Origin: Spirochaetota bacterium | GTDB lineage: Bacteria > Spirochaetota > Spirochaetia > Treponematales > UBA12059 | Length of the DNA: 59,405 nucleotides | Reading direction: 5' to 3' | NCBI GenBank assembly: GCA_003247225.1 | Contig: QKAK01000098.1 | Coordinates: forward strand, 1-59,405 | In this document: positions 55,426 to 59,405 of the stretch, in pieces | Layout: each line of letters starts with the position of its first letter | Numbering within the stretch: the stretch's first letter is position 1 | Notes under the pieces: model-generated | Databases searched by the model: none | Told to the model about the DNA's origin: nothing | The model's input: the letters and a program-made list of their open reading frames with translations, nothing else | Position numbers and translations under genes: made by a program

Positions 55426-56627
55426 CCGACGGCGACAGGCGGCTCGCGTCGGTCGGCCGGGCCCTGGACCTCGTCGAGGAGCGGCTTCGCGACGGGCTCG
55501 ACGTCGGCGCGATGGCGAGCGCCGCCTGCTACTCGATCTTCCACTTCGTACGGGTCTTCACCGAGCTGACCGGCCACGGCCCCTACGACTACCTGATGCG
55601 CAGGCGCGTCGCCGAGGCGGCGCGGGAGCTCGTCTCGGGCGACCGCTCCATCCTCGAGCTGGCGCTCGAGTACCGCTTCGAGTCGCCGGACGGCTTCTCG
55701 CGGGCGTTCAGGCGCTGCTTCGGCGCGGCGCCGAGCGAGGCCCGGAAGGCGGGCGCCTACGCCGAGGGCTCGGCCAGGACGCCGATCACGCGCGAGCGCG
55801 TACGGGCGTCCATGGAGGCGGGGCTGACGATCCGCGCCGAACGGCTCCCCGACGTCCTGGTCGCCGGCCGCCCACTCGCGCCCGGCGAGGCCGCCGGACC
55901 CGGCGCGGAGCTGATGCTCCTCCGCCCCGGGAGCGACCCGTTCGCCGGCCGGGCGACCCATGGGCCCGCGGACTATCCTCTCCTATCAGCCCGCGCGCCG
56001 GGAGGCGATTATATCGGCGTCTACGGCGATCCGCCGCTCGACCTAGGCCTGGCCCGCGACCGGCTATACCGCACGGCCATTCCGGTCGGCTCGGCCAGGC
56101 CGCGAGCCCCGCTTGAACTGGCGCGCCTGGACGGCGGCGGTCGGCCTACCGCGCTACTCGTACCGGTCGCCTTCGACGGCTCGCCCGTCGCCGCCGGGCG
56201 CGGCGCGGGGGCGATGAGCCTGAAGCCCGTCGGAGTGGTCCGCAGCCCGTACGAGGCGCGCGGCGACGCGCCGAGGCAGGGCTGGCTGTCGTCGGCGGAG
56301 AGCGTCATCGAGGTATACGAGGCCTTCGAGGAGGCGCTCGTCGGCGTCGCCGACGCTAAGCGGCTCGTCGCGCTGTACTGGGGCGACCGGGCCGACCGGA
56401 GCGTCCTGAAATCCCCGACGCCGTTCAGCGCCGAGCCGCGCGGCGTCTTCACGAGCCGCTCTCCGAACCGTCCGAACCCGGTCGCGCTCTGCGTCGTCGA
56501 CGTCATCTCGGTCGCAGGGCGCAGGATCACGGTCAGAGGGCTCGACGCCCTCGACGGCAGCCCCGTCATCGACTTGAAATCCTATATCGAGGAGCCTATC
56601 CGCCCCTCCGGCTCCGTGCTACAGTGA
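55422..56627 (+). CDS. AraC-family HTH regulator fused to a C-terminal TrmO/TsaA-like domain
   Basis: TTG start overlapping the upstream stop (TTGA). AraC HTH (SAACYSIFHFVRVFTELTGHGPYDYLMRRRV...LALEYRFESPDGFSRAFRRCFG). C-terminal GVFTSRSPNRPNPVAL and LDGSPVIDLKSYI. Confidence 0.75.
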   Translation: MTDGDRRLASVGRALDLVEERLRDGLDVGAMASAACYSIFHFVRVFTELTGHGPYDYLMRRRVAEAARELVSGDRSILELALEYRFESPDGFSRAFRRCFGAAPSEARKAGAYAEGSARTPITRERVRASMEAGLTIRAERLPDVLVAGRPLAPGEAAGPGAELMLLRPGSDPFAGRATHGPADYPLLSARAPGGDYIGVYGDPPLDLGLARDRLYRTAIPVGSARPRAPLELARLDGGGRPTALLVPVAFDGSPVAAGRGAGAMSLKPVGVVRSPYEARGDAPRQGWLSSAESVIEVYEAFEEALVGVADAKRLVALYWGDRADRSVLKSPTPFSAEPRGVFTSRSPNRPNPVALCVVDVISVAGRRITVRGLDALDGSPVIDLKSYIEEPIRPSGSVLQ

Positions 56628-56654
56628 GGCTAGACGCCTAGCGACGGAGCCGCC

Positions 56655-57773
56655 ATGCACGAACGAATAACACGCGCCCGAGAATTCGACCCGACGGCCG
56701 ACCCAGCGGCCGACGCGCCATCGGCGATCGCCAGCCTGGCCCTGCTCGGCCACGGCACCGTCGGCGGCGCCCTGCTCGACCTGATAGCCGAGCGGACCGA
56801 AGCGCTCGCCGCCGCCGGGCTGGAGCTACGGGTCGTCGCGATAGCCGACTCGAGGCGCATGGTCGTAGACCCGGCCGGCGTCGAGCCGGCCCGCTGGCGC
56901 GACGCCCTGGCGGCATCGACCGAGCCGACCGACTCAGTCGCCCTAGCCGCGCTGGGCCCGTCCCTAGCCTGCCCGATACTCGTCGACTGCAGCGCGAGCG
57001 ACGAGCCTCCGCGCGACTACCCGGCCTACTTCGCCGCCGGCTACCACGTGGTGACGGCCAACAAGCGCGGCAACTCGGGGCCGCTCGAGCGGTATCGAAG
57101 CCTCGCGCGCGAGGCGCGGCGGCGCGGCCGGCTGTACCTGTACGAGGCGACCGTCGGCGCCGGCCTCCCCGTCGTCGACAACCTGCGCAGGCTGTTCGCC
57201 GCCGGCGACTCGCTCGTCGAGTTCTCCGGCGTGCTGTCCGGATCGCTATCCTTCCTGTTCGGCCGGCTCGAGGACGGCCAGCCCTTCTCGGCGGCCGTGC
57301 GCGAGGCGATGGCCCGCGGCTTCACCGAGCCCGATCCCCGCGACGACCTGTCCGGCGCCGACGTGGCGCGCAAGACGCTGCTCCTGGCCCGGGAGGCGGG
57401 GCTGGCGCTCGAGCCGGAGGACGTCGAGCGCGCGGGCCTGGTCCCGCCGGAGTACCTATCGATGGGCCGGGACGAATTCGTCGCCCGCATGCCCGAGCTG
57501 GACGACGGCGTCGCGGCGCTCGCGCGCGCCGCGGCCGGACGCGGGAACGTCCTGCGCTACGCCGGATCGATATCAGGCGGCCGCGCCTCGGTCGGCGTCG
57601 TCGAGGCCGGTCCGGACCACCCGCTGCGCGCCGTACGCGACGGGGAGAACGCGCTCGCGTTCCGTACCCGCTACTACGACCCGGCGCCGCTCGTCGTGCG
57701 CGGATACGGCGCCGGCGCCCTCGTCACGGCCGCCGGCGTCTTCGGCGACGTGCTGCGCGCGGCGGGGCGCTGA
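56655..57773 (+). CDS. hom: Homoserine dehydrogenase (ThrA-C-terminal type, monofunctional)
   Basis: 372 aa. LLGHGTVGG, ATVGAGLPV, GVLSGSLSFLFG, and EPDPRDDLSGADVARK. Confidence 0.88.
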   Translation: MHERITRAREFDPTADPAADAPSAIASLALLGHGTVGGALLDLIAERTEALAAAGLELRVVAIADSRRMVVDPAGVEPARWRDALAASTEPTDSVALAALGPSLACPILVDCSASDEPPRDYPAYFAAGYHVVTANKRGNSGPLERYRSLAREARRRGRLYLYEATVGAGLPVVDNLRRLFAAGDSLVEFSGVLSGSLSFLFGRLEDGQPFSAAVREAMARGFTEPDPRDDLSGADVARKTLLLAREAGLALEPEDVERAGLVPPEYLSMGRDEFVARMPELDDGVAALARAAAGRGNVLRYAGSISGGRASVGVVEAGPDHPLRAVRDGENALAFRTRYYDPAPLVVRGYGAGALVTAAGVFGDVLRAAGR

Positions 57774-57795
57774 GCGCGCGGCCGCGCCGCGACCG

Positions 57796-59405
57796 TCAGC
57801 CCGCGGAGCCGCGGCCCCCGGCATGCCCGAGGTAAGCCCGGTACTCGTCCAGGGGGAGCGGCGTCGAGTATAGCCAGCCCTGGCCGTAGGTGCAGAGCCG
57901 CTCGCGCAGGTACGCCTCCTGGAACGCCGTCTCGACGCCCTCGGCGGTGACCTCGAGCCCGAGCGACAGGGCCATCGAGATGATCGCGTCCACCACCGGC
58001 GACGAGGGGTTCGACTCGTTCAACTGCATGATGAAGCTCCGGTCTATCTTGAGGTTGCTGGCGCGGAGCCTATGCAGGTAGCTCAGGCTCGAGTAGCCCG
58101 TCCCGAAGTCGTCCAGGGCCAGCCTGAAGCCGGCCTGCCGTAGGAAGTCCAGGTTGCGCTGCATCGCCGGGTTCTCGTCCATCATCACGCCCTCGGTGAT
58201 CTCGAACTCGACCGACGACGGCTCGACGCCGCGGCGCTCGCGCTCCGCCTCGATGAACGCCTGGAAGCCCTCCTCGCGCAGGTCCTTGGGCGACAGGTTG
58301 ATCGCGTGCACGACCCGGCAGCCGGCCTCATCCAGGGCGCGCAGGTCGTCGAAGGCGGTCGAGACCACCCAGCGGGTGATCTCGAGTATCAGGTCGGACT
58401 CCTCCGCCAGCGGTATGAACACGGCAGGAGAGACCTCGCCGAAACGGCGGCTGCTCCACCGGAGCAGCACCTCCGCCCCGTACGCGGCCCCGTCCGACAG
58501 GCGCGACTTAGGATGGTACGCGAGCCGGAGCTCGCCGCGGCCTATCGCCTGGCGGAGCTCCTGGACCATGTCGTAGCGCTTCATCTCCGAGCGGTGCCGC
58601 TCCTCGTCGTAGAAGCTGACCAGGCCGGTCAGGTCCCGCATCCTGGCGAAGCCGGCCATTACGTTCGAGAGCAGCGCCTCGCGCGACGGGCCGTCGGCCG
58701 GGAAGCGCGTTACGGTCACGAGGGCCTCGAGCGACGCCGTCCGCCCGTCGACGGCGAAGCCGCGCTGCGCCTCGTCGAGCGCCGCCGAGCCGAGCCGCTC
58801 GAGCGGTATGAACTCCGTCTCGTCGGACAGCATCACGAAGACCGTGCCGGTGTACCTGGACGCCCGCGCGCCGACCAGGCCCCGGAGCCGCGCCCCGAGC
58901 TCCTTGATGACGCTATCGGCGAACGCGCCGCCGTGGTACGAGTTCACGCGCGAGAAGTGCATGATCTTGAGCCCGACCACGCTGAAGCCCGCGCCGTCCG
59001 CGTACGCCTTCTGGATCATCGCGTCTATCGAATTCTCGACGGCGCGCCGGTTCGGCAGCCCGGTAAGCTCGTCGACGAACGCGGCCCGGTACAGGCTAGA
59101 GATGATCAGCCGCTGGTATACGACCGAGAACGCCCCGAGCATCGTCGAGACCGTGACCACGAGCAGGTAGCTCCGGTAGACCTCCGGGTCGTTCAGGATG
59201 GATCCCGCGTTCAGGCCGGGGAAGTACGGCCTGACGATAAAGCCGATCAGCACCACGATCGGGATCGCAAGGCCGCCCCGGAACCCGAGGATGGAGTAGA
59301 AGATCGGATACCCGGCGATCAGGTAGACGAAGCCGAGCCCCCTGGGGCCGCCGTAATCGATTATCAGGCCTATCGTCAGGCTCATGACGGCCGCGCCGAT
59401 CGCCA
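57796..59405 (-). CDS. Membrane GGDEF(degenerate)-EAL protein, 5' end probably beyond the window
   Basis: The EAL-domain motifs are intact (EVLLRW, NLSP, EITEG, DDFGTGYSSLSYL, KIDRSF, EGVET). The GGDEF signature position reads YTGTVF. The frame stays open and hydrophobic upstream of the ATG at 59385, to the window edge. Confidence 0.85.
   Translation of the reverse strand, partial: AIGAAVMSLTIGLIIDYGGPRGLGFVYLIAGYPIFYSILGFRGGLAIPIVVLIGFIVRPYFPGLNAGSILNDPEVYRSYLLVVTVSTMLGAFSVVYQRLIISSLYRAAFVDELTGLPNRRAVENSIDAMIQKAYADGAGFSVVGLKIMHFSRVNSYHGGAFADSVIKELGARLRGLVGARASRYTGTVFVMLSDETEFIPLERLGSAALDEAQRGFAVDGRTASLEALVTVTRFPADGPSREALLSNVMAGFARMRDLTGLVSFYDEERHRSEMKRYDMVQELRQAIGRGELRLAYHPKSRLSDGAAYGAEVLLRWSSRRFGEVSPAVFIPLAEESDLILEITRWVVSTAFDDLRALDEAGCRVVHAINLSPKDLREEGFQAFIEAERERRGVEPSSVEFEITEGVMMDENPAMQRNLDFLRQAGFRLALDDFGTGYSSLSYLHRLRASNLKIDRSFIMQLNESNPSSPVVDAIISMALSLGLEVTAEGVETAFQEAYLRERLCTYGQGWLYSTPLPLDEYRAYLGHAGGRGSAG

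Overview
This is a high-GC (by eye about two-thirds G+C) bacterial chromosomal segment with about 55 protein genes, one tRNA and a large amount of structured non-coding repeat DNA. The many lipobox proteins and a cyclophilin-FKBP fusion weakly suggest a spirochaete-like lineage.

Genes I recognise:
- **Carbohydrate and hydrolase genes:** alpha-glucan phosphorylase (glgP); DUF3795 with a YafY/WYL regulator; a GH2 glycosidase; an isochorismatase-like lipoprotein with an alpha/beta hydrolase and a PaaX-like regulator.
- **Transport operons:** a five-gene LIV-type branched-chain amino-acid ABC operon; a pepP-like peptidase followed by a five-gene peptide ABC operon; a polar amino-acid ABC transporter.
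- **Housekeeping genes:** a phosphoribosyltransferase (PRT), 5-formyl-THF cyclo-ligase, mgsA, rlmN, a DUF62 SAM hydrolase, sppA, an MFS transporter, homoserine dehydrogenase and a GGDEF-EAL protein.
- **Metal and vitamin modules:** a copper module (copA, csoR and a candidate operator); a biotin module (birA-bioY-ecfA-ecfT and a candidate BirA operator).
- **Accessory-looking stretch (46.7-56.6 kb):** a DUF2992/YjdF gene with a structured leader; a MarR fusion; a membrane protein; an 820-aa orphan lipoprotein; a LuxR regulator coupled to a C-N hydrolase; two exported proteins; two TrmO/TsaA paralogues, one fused to an AraC HTH.

Non-coding highlights:
- A dispersed mosaic repeat family of long imperfect hairpins occurs four times. 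Its apical stems differ in sequence but remain complementary.
- An 88-90 bp two-hairpin unit is tandemly arrayed five times, and one further copy is nested inside the mosaic repeat.
- tRNA-Gly(GCC) has its 3' end and terminator duplicated about 130 bp away.
- Two AT-rich islets are flanked by the repeats. One carries vapB plus a vapC broken by a 1-nt frameshift.

I see no rRNA, CRISPR array, transposase, integrase or recognisable defence system. The candidates I rank highest are the repeat system, an MBL/cNMP-like/hemerythrin multidomain protein, and the AraC-TrmO fusion paired with a stand-alone TrmO. No database search or folding program was available, so all family calls rest on motifs read from the translations.
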